Shown: in pieces, positions 13,481-27,015 of the stretch
Position numbering within the stretch: position 1 is the stretch's first letter
How the letters are laid out: the number at the start of each line of letters is the position of its first letter
Assembly (NCBI GenBank): GCA_024137785.1
Contig: JAHRHZ010000046.1
Location: 16,799,431-16,863,430, forward strand
Length of the DNA stretch: 64,000 bases
Direction of reading: 5' to 3'
DNA from: Ginglymostoma cirratum
Taxonomy: Eukaryota
The notes under the pieces: model-generated
Told to the model about the DNA's origin: nothing
Seen by the model: the letters and a program-made list of their open reading frames with translations, nothing else
Database searches by the model: none
Program-made: the position numbers and the translations under genes

Positions 13481-14380
13481 AAAGACCAATGAAATATTTT
13501 TGTCTTCATTTTGTAGTCATTAAATTGTACAGTTTGAACTGGAGCTCTTTTTTCTAAATTGTGCCCAATTCAAACATCAAATGTTCAAACATCAAATGGG
13601 TCAAGTATGGATTGATCAGATCTTGAACTTTTTAAAAATAATTATCCATTGCCAATAACCATTTCACCTCTACTGTGCATAGCTAGAGTAGTGGTCTTCT
13701 CCACTGCACCCCGTGCATCTCCTGAGGGATCCTTATTCATCTTTTAATAGATCGGATCCATAAACTTTCTAAGTCAGCTCTACTTTATTTAATACCTGAC
13801 GAAGATTATCTTGAATGAAAAGAATTGGGTTCGGAGAGAGTTGCCACTTAGTCCAGGATATCAACCTGTATAATATTAATTTTGCCACTGTTGTAAGTTT
13901 CCTATTTTGGCAAAATAATTTCTCACTCTATCATAGTTTATATTTCATTCAATTAAAACTTGTGCCTGGGTGTACTAACAGCAGATTTGACATAAATGGA
14001 TCACATCACCTGTTCTTCTGGTAAAAGGGCCTTGCAGCTAATATTCACTTGCCTCAGTTCTTTTTCTGTCTTCAGCATTGTTATTCATAGGCACTGTGTA
14101 ATACCTTCATCAGCTAATCTGTAGCTGCACAACAGGCTGCCAGCACTTTGAGAAAATGTAATGTTTTGTATACAACTCTTCAAAATTGAACACTGAAAGG
14201 TAAACATTCTGTGAAATTCAGAGTGAAGAAATTTGAACAGGGGAACTTAATGGGTTCAGTGTTTGCTTTTTTTAAAAGCTGAGATAGCAAATTATTGTGT
14301 AGTATAAAATTATCTCAGTAAGGGAGTGGAAAGATGCGGTTGTTCATTTGCTCGCCGAGCCGGTTGTTCTGTGGTGTGCA

Positions 14381-14414
14381 GACGTTTCATTACCACTTGA
14401 GGCAACATTGTCAG
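14381..14414 (-). ncRNA. Degenerate type-I hammerhead ribozyme motif in PLE terminus
   Basis: CTGACAA-TGTTGCC-TCAAGT-GGTAAT-GAAA-CGTC, with short stem I (GCA/TGC); core G8 mutated. Confidence 0.7.
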
Positions 14415-16435
14415 TGCGACCTGTAATCGCAGTGTTGGTATTCTGCTCCATTCTGAATTTGTATGATCCTCTGGTGTGGTGAGTCACGTCACTTTTTGGT
14501 TTCTGTTTTTCAGCAGCAGCCTGCATAGAGTCTTTTTCTATGTGTTTGTTAATGGAGTCCCGTGTTGAGAATCAGGCCTCCAGAAATTCCCTTGCGTATC
14601 TGTTGTTCACTTGTCCCAGTATACTCGGTTTGTCTTAGTCGAACTGATGGCCTTCATTGTCTGTGTGTATTGAAACAAGTGAATGTTGGTCGTGTCTTTT
14701 TACTGTCAGCTGGTGTTTGTGTATCCTGGTCGTCAGTTGCCTCCCCATTTCTCCAATGTAATGTCTATTGCAGTCACTGCATGGGATTCTGTATATCACA
14801 TTATTGTCAGTATGGGGTCTTTAGTCTTTGATAGCATTTGGCACAATGTTGATGTAGATTTGTGCAAAATCATGACCCTTTGCGGTCTAAGGAGTCTGCT
14901 TATCATTTCTGATATATTTTTGATGTAGGGTAGGTTATTAGTGTCTTCTGTTGTACTGTCGCCTGACTGTCAATTGTTTTGTTGGCATTGGCGAACAAAG
15001 CTGCTTGGGTATCCATTGTTGGTAAATATCTTATGCAGGTGTTCCTCTTCCATTCTCTGGAGTTCTGGGATGTTGCAGTGTGATATGGCCCATTTTAAAA
15101 AGTATCTTAATGCAGCTGTGTTTGTGCATGGAGGGGTGGTTGCCTTTGAAGTTAAGGATTTCGTCAGTGTGTGACCTTCCTGTACACAGTTGTTTTCTTC
15201 CTCTCTAGTGAATTTTTTGCTTACGAGGATGCTGTTAACAAGTTGGTGGGTTTCTTCTACTTTTGTGCATTTGATCATTACGAATATGTCTTCCACATAG
15301 CTTAGCCACAGTTTCGGTTGGATTAAAGGAAAGGCAGTGTGTTAGACTAGATTTATGCCTCAGAACGCCCTTCACATCCAACAGCCAAATAGACAAACAG
15401 ATTAACGGCAAACCAATGGGATCACCTGTCTGGGGTCTCACCACAGAAGCAGTGATGCAGAGACTGGAACACATAATCCAACTGAAACTGTGGATAAGAT
15501 ATGTGGACACCACATTTGTAATAATCAAATGCACAAAGGTAAAAGAAACTACCAACTTGTTAACAGCATCTTGCAAGCAAAAAATTTACTAGAGAGGAAG
15601 AAAACAACAAACAACTCCAGTGCTTAGATGTAACAGTAGAGAGACTAACTAACGGCGAATTCCGGACCCGAGTGTACAGGAAGGCCACATATACGGGCCA
15701 AATCCTAGACTTCAATAGCAACCACCCCTCCATGCACAAACAGAGCTGCATTAAGACACTATTTAAAACGAGTCGTATCACACTGCAACATCCCAGAACT
15801 CTGGAGAATGGAAGAGGAACACCTGCGCGATGACAATGGATACCTAAGAAATTTTGTTCACTGATACCGACAAAACAAACGACAGTCAGAGGACAAGGTA
15901 CAACAGAAGACACTAGTAATTCTGCTCTACGTCAAAAATATGTCAGAAATGACAACCAGACTCCTTAGACGGCATTGGATCATGATTGTGCAAAAACCTA
16001 CATCTACTGCGTCAAATGGTATCAAAGACTAACTGACAATAAACCCCATACCGACAATAAACAAGACTAACATGATATACAGAATCCCTTGCAGCGAGTG
16101 CAATAGAGATTACATTAGAGAAATGGGGAGGAATTGATAACCAGGATACACAAACACCAGCTAGCAGTAAAAAGACACAACCAATATTCACTTGTATCGA
16201 TACACACAGACATGAAGGCCATCGGTTTGACTGGGACAAAGTGAGTATACTGGGACAAGGGAATTTCTGGAGGCCCGGTTCTCAACACAAGAATCCATTA
16301 ACAATCACCTGTAAATAGAATCCGGATACAGACTGCTGCTAAAAAACAGAAGCAGAAGTGACAAGATCCACCACACAAGAGAATCACATAAACTAGGAAT
16401 GGAGCAGAACACTAGCGCTTCGATTAGAGGCCGCA

Positions 16436-16469
16436 CTGATAATGTTGCCTAGAATGGTAACTAAATGTC
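16436..16469 (+). ncRNA. Degenerate hammerhead motif (second arm of the same PLE)
   Basis: CTGATAA-TGTTGCC-TAGAAT-GGTAAC-TAAA-TGTC; same stem II, two core substitutions. Confidence 0.6.
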
Positions 16470-17343
16470 TGCACACCATGGAACAACCAGTTTGGCGAGC
16501 AAACGAATAACCACGTCCACATCCTGAGCTACAAATTTTCGTTAAGACCTTAAGACTGGAAAGATATTATTTTTTAAAGTAGTACCTATTGGAAGTAATA
16601 AGAGGTCACAACTAAGATATGAGGTAAAATAATGGAACTACAAAAATGTACAGCATAGTCATGTGGCATATTGTCTACGTCTACGCTTTGCTAAAGAAAT
16701 CTGAAACCAATCCCATAGCCTCACATCTGCAAAGCCTTGTATTGAAGGTTAACTGCTATTGAGATGAAATGGGCTCTCTGATTCACTTGAAATAATACTT
16801 GCATGAAGGTGGCAGCACGAGACTGAGTGCAGCATGATCGAGAGCTCAAATTCAGGAACTTAGTTAGTGAAGGATAAGATACTATTCTGGCCTTTGAACT
16901 AGAAAATCAGTGGTCCAAGAAAGAGAACCCAAGACAGCAAGATGTGAAGTCTGGAGACTGGATTGAGATATGCAAATAGGTAATTAATTAAATTTTAATC
17001 AGTTTAAATTGGTTTAAGATGGGAAGATATAAGTATTATATTTGATTTATTGTGGAACTAGTTAAAAATCACTGAGTGACGTTTTAACCTTGAAACCTAA
17101 TTAATTGCATTTTTGAAAAAAGTTAAAATAAGCATCTGCAACTTAAGGGATTTTCAAATTCATGAACTAGAGCTTCAATGTGGACACTGTAATCCATCAA
17201 TAGATGGAAAGTTTACCTGTTCACTTGATTCTAAGAGTCACGTGACAATTTTTAGCTAGGTACCTCCGATACAAAGAGTGGCGTATTTAAGAGATAATAA
17301 TGGATAGGTGTTAGCCTGTGGAACTGTCCAATGGTTCTGAGGT

Positions 17344-17371
17344 TCTTGCATCTTGCATCTTGCATCTTGCA
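17344..17371 (+). repeat. (TCTTGCA)x4 tandem repeat
   Basis: Direct reading. Confidence 0.9.
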
Positions 17372-18289
17372 TGGTGAAAGGAGGGACTGCAGAAAGATGA
17401 ACAAATTAGCCACAACAATGTGATGCACAGGCAAAAAAAAAAAACAAGTGGACGTATATTGCAGATGTTGACAGTGACATGGGCATAACACGAAGGAAGA
17501 GGGTGTGCTGAGTGAGCATGAGCAGCCAGGGCATATTCAAAATCAGAAACCACAAAGGCAATTCTCGCTGGATTACTAAGTGATTACAATTTGGCTTAGG
17601 GCTAATAAGATCAGAGAGTTGAATGCATGACTCAAAACTCGTTGTCAAAGAAATGGTTTTTGATTCTTGGGGACTAGCACCAGTATTGTACAGTACCAAT
17701 ACAGTACACAATATTTCTTTGGAACACTACGTTCTGTGTATTTTTAGTCAACCTGTTTTCACATGTTATGACGTACCTTTTGGAGCAGGACCTAAACCCC
17801 GGCTTTCGGTCTGTAGGTAGCGATGGTGCCACAAGAGCCCTCAACAGTGTGATCTAGACCGAAGCAGAGAACAGGCTTCCGTAAATCTGGTAATGGATAT
17901 TGGGACCGATTTCAATAAATGACCTTGTATTTCCTAATAATGATCGTAATATGGTAGACTCTTGCATTCAATTTGATGATGAGGCATTTGCGTATGAAAT
18001 TGCAGTTGTGTCTTCAACCTAAATGCAGGCAATTAGAAGTGTATGAAGACAGAATTGATCAACTTAGATTGGGAAATAATCTGGTAGAGAGGCGGTGGCT
18101 GCCATTTTCGGACATCTTTCATAAATAGACAAAGATATATTCTATTGAGGAAGAAAGACCCTACCAATGAATGTGATATCCATGGCTCACTAATGAAGTC
18201 AAGAATGGTATTAATTGGAAGAAAAGATGTAAAATGCTGGCCAAATTGGTGATAAGACACTGGATAAGACATAGACAAGATAAGACATT

Positions 18290-18490
18290 TCTTCTGGAAC
18301 ATCACCAGACTTTGGGACTGCCTTTCACAGGGGACAGTAGAGGCTAGGATAGATAGACTGTTGATTACTACTTGGGCCAAGGGCTGTTAGAGGCAGGCAA
18401 GAAAGTAGAGTTAAGACCGCAGTCAGATCAACTGTGAATTTATTGAGTAGCAGAGGAAGCTTGATGGGCCACGTGCATTCTATTTGTCAT
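18290..18490 (+). mobile_element. CR1-clade LINE 3' tail fragment
   Basis: AGGCTAGGATAGATAGAC...GGCAAGAAAGTAGAGTTAAGACCGCAGTCAGATCAACTGTGAATTTATTGAGTAGCAGAGG, collinear with other tails. Confidence 0.65.
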
Positions 18491-18839
18491 TTTTGTGTAC
18501 AACAAAATTTTCTTGACTGTTGTAAGTTGGCAACCTCAATATGTAACACTTGAGGCTGAATTTCCCCATGTGGTGGGTCATGGGATGAGGATTATAGAAA
18601 TGGATATCATACCATGCGCACTGTTCCTAGCACTTACCACCGTGATCCCATCTTAGTTTTGCCAGCAAAAGAAAAAACATTGGGAGGTCTATCCCCATGT
18701 CATTGTCACTAGGATTTAACCCATAGTAGGAAGGGCCTGTGCTTAAGGGGGACCACTCTCCTGCTGCCCACATGGAGGTCAAATTTTTACACCTGCTACC
18801 ATTACCAGTCAATGTATAAATCCTATCTCAAATCTTATT

Positions 18840-19240
18840 AATTGTTTAATGAGGAGAGGTTGAGTAGGTTGGGACTGTAATATTTGATACTGAGAAGAAC
18901 TGGGGCAAGTCTTCAGGGACTTGACTGGGTGTATGCGGAGAGGTTGTTTTCCTTTGTAGGACAGTCTAGAACCTGTAGATGTAATTCCAGAAGAAGGGAT
19001 CACATGTTTAAGACACAAATGAGGATGTGGAATATTGTACTGCAGAGGGCTGTCAATGCTAAACCATTAAGTATGTTCAAGACTCAGATCAGTTTACAAT
19101 CAGTAAGGGAATCAGGGCTTTAGAGAGAAAGCTGTAAAGTGGAGTTGAGAGTTATCAGATCAGTGATGATTTTGTTGAAAGGCCGAGCAGACTAAATGGG
19201 CTAAATGGTCTACATTTGCTCCAATATCTTATCATTTTTG
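18840..19240 (+). mobile_element. CR1-clade LINE 3' end
   Basis: GAGGAGAGGTTGAGTAGGTTGGGACT, GLDWVYAERLFSFVGQSRT, tail TCAGATCAGTGATGAT...AATGGGCTAAATGGTCTAC. Confidence 0.75.
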
Positions 19241-22200
19241 ATTTCTTAAAAAAATAAGAAATTCACAAAAGAAAAACAGTTAGAAAATTTAAGGTTGCGG
19301 CCTTGAATGAAATTGAAAAACTTGGTATTGGTAGTAGGATTAAATATGAATCTATTTTAAAGTAAATGTGTACCAATATAATATGTCGATTGCAGAAAAT
19401 AATTCTTAAACTGGATATTGTATAGACAGCAAAAGCTTTATAATTGAATACCTGAGAAACTGGAGTAAGAAATGGGTTATTGATAGATTACTGTTGTGTA
19501 GAAATGTTGCCTTTTTCCTTATTGGATCAGCCTTCTCCAGGAATTACTCCTCAAGCCTTTGTGATGTATCCTGTTTATATCACACATCTCAAAATGAAAT
19601 GAAGTTAATTAGGTAAAGAGGTAGAATGGATAGATATAATGGTGCACTGTATTCCTTTGCGTAATGGTTTCAGCACAGCTGCAGGCAGTGCAAGTCCTAA
19701 TTACTTTATTGTGTGTTGAGGGTTTTGAATGTTAATTTGTTTTGAAATGAGCATTCAAAGTACATATCTGAAGAAATGATCCCTTCTTTACTGTTGCTGG
19801 ATGACATGGGAGTATTGAGATAAGTGCAGGCCAGAGACTTCAGAGGGTCTGTGATTCTATGACTGGGATAAGGGGGCCATTTTTCGTGAACATAGAAAAC
19901 AGGCATCTGTACGTTCTCCTGTGGTGCAAAATAAACATGCTCTATTACTGTAACAATAAAGTAAAATGGAAGTGGATGGAAATTTTCCATGTCCTTATTT
20001 ATTTTCTCTTTCATAGACTGTGGTAAAATCTCTTTTTTAATGTTGGAGTAGATTTTTAAAAAAGAAACAAATCCTTGTATCACAATCAAAAATTCTAATG
20101 GTATTCTCTGCATGGACCACTAAATGTGTATACGTTAGCCATTCTGTTTAATTATTTGCCTTGGATGCTTTCAGTTTTAACTTGGGTAACTTCTAAAGAG
20201 CAACTTTAATTTTCAGATTTTCCTGTTTTCAATAGTAGAGGAAATTGTAAATGAGGGATCTGTTTCCACGCTGTATTACTCTTTCTGTTAAATGAAGTTG
20301 ACAGAAAGGTGTGTAAATTGCCTATTGAAACATTCCGTTTGGGCTTTAGTTGAGTTGCTGAAAAGGACCTTATTTTTAATTTTATCCATGCATTGTTAAA
20401 ATCAGAGTAATGGGATTGATGTCTGTGAAAATTTATTGTGATAGAGAAATTCAAATTACTATTGCCCAATCTGCCCATTATATTGAAAATCCAACAGTTG
20501 CATAAAAATTGGAAGTATTTGCATTAAATGTTAGTCTTCGCAGTAAAACTGAGACCTCTTCAATTATTGCATGCCCACGTGTCAAACTGTTTATTAGGAA
20601 CAAAATTATTTTGCATACAATATTTGAAATTAAACCCAATCCTAAATATTTTTCTCACACGTTTCAAATTTTGGGTAGCTTACCTTTTTGAGTTAGAACT
20701 ACAGGTTCTGGTGAACATCTGTTTGTTCTCCAAGTATTCAATCTTTAAAGTATTGGCAGGCCATTTGAAGGAAAACACCACCGCCTTAGCCTGTTATCAG
20801 CTGAAATAATCTGATTATTTTGCCTGTGTTGTAATTAAATGTAAACAACCTGGTTTATTGCCTCACCTTTCTTGTCCTTTGAGTTTCAGCATGGAGAAGC
20901 GATGCCTGAGATGTTACATTTATTGAGGTTGTATGGTAGTGAACAGAATGGAAAAGGGAAATTTGTGATAGTACTTGGCAGGTCTAGCAGATTTAGATTA
21001 TTTTGCATAAAAGGTAATTTGAGAACTCATCAAGAATCATTTCTTCAAACAGTGTGATTCAAGAAGGGGTGCAAAGTAAAATCTTGTTGCTTGTGAAATC
21101 CGCAAGTTGACTTAAAGTTTTTTGTTGTTGTTGAATTAATGTGCGAAGATTGATCATCCTCATTTGTCGTTATTTTCTGATTTGATGTGAAAGATCTGCA
21201 GATCATTAAATCTCTTTTTTGCCCAGTCTGGAATCCCCCTCAGAATTGGAATTGTGTCCATTCAGAACATGAGTTTTATGTTCTCAAAGGTGTCTCACAT
21301 TTCATATATCTTATTTTCATTGTCATTTCTGATAACTTTAAGTCTGTTTGTAAAAACGAGAGCTGATTACCTTGAATTAAACTGTATACTTCATATAATT
21401 GTCTCCCTTTTCCCCGTCCACAATGATTTTGTGGGAATATAATGTGTTTGACCTGAAGTTCATGGTAATTGTTTGGCCAGTGTGTATATTGCTTTAGTGT
21501 ACTAAGAGTGAGCAAGCTTTATATAGACACAATTTATTAAATGAGCACAGTATTAACCTCATTAATGTGTAGATCATGATGAAAATAAAATAAAAGGTAT
21601 TAAGATAAAGGACGATCAATTAATCATATTGTAGAATTGGGTATTTTCATTGGTTTGTGACCACATTTATGGATTTGTTTTATTCAACTGTAATTATCGT
21701 ATTTATTTGAAGAAAGATGGGGTGAGGTGGCATTGGAACTGCTTGGCAGCTCAGTGATGAAATGCATTGGTGCTGAGTCATGTATATTGGGAAGTTCTCA
21801 GACCTGATCACTATTTTAAATGAAGTCACCTCAGCTATGGTAGCAGTAAAGCTACTCACATTAATTATTGATTTTTGTATAACCAGACTTCAGAGACGGG
21901 AAAGAAAAATCAATATTGCTCACTGTCCAGCAGCTTCTGGTAGATGATTGAGTTCAGCATGACAGTGATGTTTTTGTAGTTGAATTGGCCAGAAAAGCTC
22001 ACATAGGCTGCAACTGAAGAATGGCATTTTGAGTGAGGCAAGGTAAGGATCAACCCCTGCAGCTGAATGCATCTGAGTCATCGCCTACTGGTAGCGTTCA
22101 AATGAAAGCACTTTTATTCCTTTCATTGTATCTGTGCTGTATGCTTATTATGATACATTGGCAAGGCACAGGAAACATGAGCATATTCGTGATAATGTAC

Positions 22201-24858
22201 CATGGTGTGCAATCTTGATCTCTTCACCAAAGAAAATGCACACAGGAAATGCAATGTGCACTTTACAAATGAAAGCATCCAAACTACAAACAGCAGAGAA
22301 TTAAATTGCAGTCAGTATTTCACGTATCTGGTAGGGGTAGTTCTGATGAACAAATCAAATTCTGTTGATTGGAATCGAGTTCCTATAACTCACCTTGGAG
22401 TGGGAGTTAACATTTGTCCACTAGATAAAAGGCTGGTCTTTGAAGTATGATTGAGCAGAATTTGCATGTCTATGCTATATATTGATGTGTGTCTTCTCTT
22501 TCCTCACCCCTTCGTGAAATGTATCTCAAACTAAGATTACTGGTATTTCATTTGCTGCTGAATTCCCCATATGAGAAGGTCAAAACCTGTGTCTTGTTGC
22601 TTATGCTGAAATATATTTGTTCTGTGTTTCTGCGGGCAAAGCAGGAATTTTAAACGTAAATACAATTCTCTGGTGAAGCACTTGGAAAAACTATCAGGGG
22701 TTTAATCTATATTGCATTTTGTTTCTTGATGGATTAATATTAGATATCTTGGAACTGGTCTTGAGCTTAAATGTCCCTCAGTTGGAACAGCTGTTGTAGC
22801 TCATTCAGAGACTTCTGTCAACTTAACTTTTTATGTTCCTTTCAAATTGCTTTAAAAGAAAATGAAGGCATCTTTGATATATGTTTGGGTTATATTCAGG
22901 TGCTCCACTTGTACCTAATATTTTTTTTTCTTTAATTGAAGGCTAAACAATTTTATCTTTGCTTGTCCCTTTATAAAAGGTTCTATTGTGCATTTTAAAA
23001 CTCCTGTTGTGCGTTTTTTAGAAGTTTCCTTTTTATTTTAGCTGCACAAAAATAATGAAGTGAATAAAAATGCACCATGGTTTTTTTTCATTTTTGAAAC
23101 TTTGGACTTTGGTTCCTTCTTATTAAAGGAGATTTCTGTTATTCTTGAGACTTTTTTCTTTAGCGTTCAGTAACATAACTCATGAGTAGAAAGCTTTGAA
23201 GAACAACATGCAGCAAACAAATTGTCTTAAACATGTCAATGTCAAACATCTTGTTTTCAACCTCTCTTGTGTTTTAAAGGTTAGATTTGAATTGAATTGA
23301 ATTTATAAACATAGTACATCCTTGAATTTTTTCCAGTAGAAAGTTTTTAGGTTTATTTTCCATATGTTTTAACCATGACGTTTTGAAAAAAATATAGCTG
23401 GGATATTTACCGTGAACAAGTTCTTACTATGCCTTGCACTTTCCTACAACATTAAAAATCATTATTTTTGGCATTACTGTGATGAAGTGAGTGTGTGGTA
23501 AGTTATCACGCTGTTAGGAGTCCAAAACTGAAAATGATTGGCCTTAACAATGTTATGACAGCAGAGTTTTATGGAAACTTCTGTCTTTCATTTCTGAGGA
23601 TACTAATTGGAGTATATTTCCACTGCCATTGCATGTCTGGGTAGACTTTAGTTCTTCACCTTGGCCTCAAAATTGATTGTTGCCAGGTCAGTCAACTTGA
23701 GAAAGGCACATTGAAGTTAAACTAAGTTTTGCCTGTCACGATCCCATAAATTTTCCACTGAATAGAATTCTGGAAGTCTGAGTAATCTTCTTTCCCCACT
23801 GCAAAGACCACTTGAGGCTGAAGGAAATAAATGAAACACAAAACAGATTAGGGAAATGATAACAGAAGAATCAAAGACTCAGTATGTTCTTGGTGTTTTT
23901 TTATAAAACACCCTGTCAGTAAATTATCCATGTTGGTAGGCTCAGATTCGATGCAACTTTTCAACAAGATGCTGTTATCTTTCTTAAAATTTCAATCAAG
24001 ATTATGGTTTGTTTTTGATACTTGAAATTAATTTGATGAGATTGGTGTACCACACAAACATGGTGAAGAATTCAAGTGGAATGAAAGGATTAATCCTGAG
24101 TAGTCTTTCAGGTAAAACCATTACTGCAGATCAGAAGGCATAAATATTAATGGGTAAATGGTGAGCTTGGGACTGGTGCCAGAAACACTTCCTTAGACAG
24201 TAATCAACTGCTTGGAGTGATCAAATGGCAACAACGTGGATGGAAAAGATTCTTGTCACGACTCAATTGGCACTTGCATACTGTGATTGGAGGAGAAGGG
24301 TTGAAATGGTGTCAGATAGTTTCTCTTTTATCATTGCAGTCTTTCTTTTCGCGCTTGTCTGATTTCTTTTGTTCACGTTCATAAAACTAAGTACAGAACA
24401 TAAAAGTCAGCTCCCCTCTCCATTCATATTTCATCTCTCCTGGACTTATTCTAGTCTTTTGTGTCTTGCTCATTGTTTCATTATACCAGCAAACTAGAAT
24501 TGATCACTAATATACAACAGATGTGATGCCTGCACACCAAAGTTTGAGATCAGGATTGCTTGATCTCATTATGGGTTAGATGCTCTGAGATTTTGAGAAA
24601 TTACAGTCATTTACCTTTTCTGTGCTGTTTTTGTATAAAAGAGCATCTCTAAGCACTATACAACAGAAAAATACAACAGATCATTGTTGCACAGTACAAG
24701 ATGGGATTCTGAATTATTATTTACAATGAACATAAAATGGCAAAGTAAACTATCGAACAGGATAACAAGGGTTTCAGAAAACTTCGTTAATTGATAAAAA
24801 TCTAAAGTGGCTATCTGCACCAGTTGTAGATCTGATGATGAGCAAAGCTACTAAAGCT

Positions 24859-24958
24859 CTGATGAGGAAGCACCGGATTTGAAACATTAACTCTGCTTTC
24901 TCCTCACAGATGCTCTAGACCTGTTTAGTTTTGCCAGAAATTTGTTTTTGTTTCAAAT
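24859..24958 (+). mobile_element. About 100-bp hammerhead-headed mini-element
   Basis: TSD CTACTAAAGCT 24848-24858 / CTGCTAAAGCT 24959-24969; starts CTGATGA...GAAA-CATT-AACTCTG; homologous to 10282-10382. Confidence 0.8.
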
Positions 24959-25729
24959 CTGCTAAAGCTTTGTTTTCTTTGCACACTTAGAAGGAAGCCC
25001 TGAAACTTTGCCATGAACCATAAAATTTAAAGGGTAAACTAGAATGTTGTTGGTGTGAAATTAAGATTATTACAGATTCTATATCACATCGTAGTATGTG
25101 CCTATGGCTCCATAAGGAAGGTAAACACTATTTTCTTTGGCTCCTGACACAAACTCCATCCTTCTTCCTGATAAATATCTGAGGCTCAAACATACTGTTT
25201 GTCGATTTAGCAAATTCACCAAAAGTATGGAAAACAGAAAGGTTCATGAGGCTGGATGAGATAGGTTTGAAGGTAATTCATGTGAAGTATAAACACTGAG
25301 ATAAACCGTTTGACCATTATTACTGTTGCTCGATTCTGTATTAATATCTTTAGGATTGCCATTGACCAATCTCTTAACTAGACCTGACATCTAAAGAGTG
25401 TGCATACAATTTTTTTTTTTTTAATTCATTCATGGCCAGGACAAAGTAGTCTACTTGATTGGCACCCCATCCAGCTTTCCAACCCTTTAATCCCTGTCAC
25501 CTTGAACAATAAGAGAGGCGGAGGCATTAGAACGCCACCGTCTGCAAGTGCCCATTAAAGTTACTTACCACCCTGAATTGGAACAATATTGCCATTCTTT
25601 CATTGTTGCTGGGACTCCTCCTTCACTGCACTATGGGTGTAAGTACAAAACAAGAACTGCAGCAGTTTCCAGAAGCTGATCACCATTCCCTTCTATGGGA
25701 ATGTTAGGAAGGTTGTGGGTTCTGGTGAC

Positions 25730-26070
25730 ACTCTAGCACCTGAGCACAAAACTCCAGGAGGATACTGCAGTGCAGTGCTGAGCAGCTGCTGTACAATTCA
25801 AAATGTATTATTTCATGTGATACATTTATTGAAACCTGGTCTGCCATTCCAACTGAACATAACGAACGTGTGGTATTACTATGAAAAAGAGCCGTGAAAT
25901 TATCCCAGCTTCCTAGATAGTATTAATCACAACCTCACTAACAAAACAGGTTAGCTAGTCGTAAATGAGGTCACTGACTGTGGAAACTTAAATCTGTGCT
26001 GCTGTATATCCTACAATACAGCAATGACGACTGCATCTTTGGACATCTGGCATGGTGAAAGGTGCTCTCT
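25730..26070 (+). mobile_element. Deu-domain SINE
   Basis: CTGAGCACAAAACTCCAGGAGGATACTGCAGTGCAGTGCTGAG...TTTGGACATCTGGCATGGTGAAAGGTGCT. Confidence 0.6.
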
Positions 26071-27015
26071 CTCACTGTCTGTCACACGTGCACACCTCTC
26101 TTTTATTCTCCCCCCATGCCATTCCTCCCCACTTTATTCATTTTCTGTCTCTATGTCTCTCGTCCATTCTCGTAGCCCTTCTCTTGCTCCCCTCCCTTCT
26201 ATGAGCCTAAACCTCACACCACCACCCCCCAACCATCTTTCCTAATTCTTGGTATCATTTTGTGTCCTTAACTGTCTCTCATTTCCCAAACCACCTCTCT
26301 TGTCCCCCAAACATATCTCCCAATTACCATCCATTTGTCTACTTGGGCCCCTGAACGTCCCTCTCACTTTGCCCTTAGCCCTTTCACCATGCCTGGGTCC
26401 ATCTGTCTTTTTTTATGTGCCATAACCCCCCTCCCCCCAAAACCATCTTTTTTCATGCCTCTGACCATTTATTTCTTGCCCTACTTATCCATGATCATCT
26501 ATTTTGCTCCCCAACCATGTCTCATCCCCCGATTTCTTTCTCACTCTCCCTGACCATCTGTCTCATCCCTCCAGATCAATTATTTCCCTCGCATCCACTT
26601 TCTCACTAACCCCCCCTTCTCCCTCTCTCTCTCACCATTTGTCTTGAGCCATTTTTCTCACCCCTCTCTCTCCCTCGACTCACTCACACTCTGTCTCTCT
26701 CTCTCTCCCTCCCCATCTTTCTCTAGCACGTGCTCTCCTCCCACCCTCCACCCTGCTCTGTTCACTGTACACGCACTTGTGCTGTCTTGCCACCCCCTCT
26801 CCTCCCCTCCCTATCTCTGCCCAATTTCTCTCATGTCCTGTTTCTCACCCCTTTTTCTCCTCCTTGCACCTGTGTCTTGACCTCGTCCCCTCCCCCAACA
26901 CCCTGCTTCTCCATATCTCTCCTTGCCCACTTTTCCGAAGCCCCCAATTCTCACCCTGCATCATCCACACTCTTCCACTCACCATCCTCTCTTTCCCCCA
27001 ACCTTGCCTTCCCAT
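26065..27015 (+). repeat. About 950-bp C/T-rich low-complexity tract
   Basis: Very few G on plus; degenerate CT/CCT/CACC units; gives spurious S/P/L-rich ORFs. Confidence 0.85.

Larger units (their letters stand above)
14336..16553. mobile_element. Penelope-like retroelement (RT plus GIY-YIG remnants) as a large inverted repeat: minus arm 14336-15345, plus arm 15345-16553
   Basis: Plus arm: LDLCLRTPF..KQINGKPMGSPVWGLTTEAVMQRLE..KLWIRYVDTTFVII (PLE RT) and TNMIYRIPCSECNRDYIREMGR. Minus arm: NVIYRIPCSDCNRHYIGEMG (GIY-YIG with CxxC). Flanked by GAGTGGAAAGAT (14324-14335) and GACTGGAAAGAT (16554-16565). Confidence 0.92.

Noticed and set aside
19706-20113. 135-aa minus ORF
   Set aside because: AT-rich, no recognisable homology.
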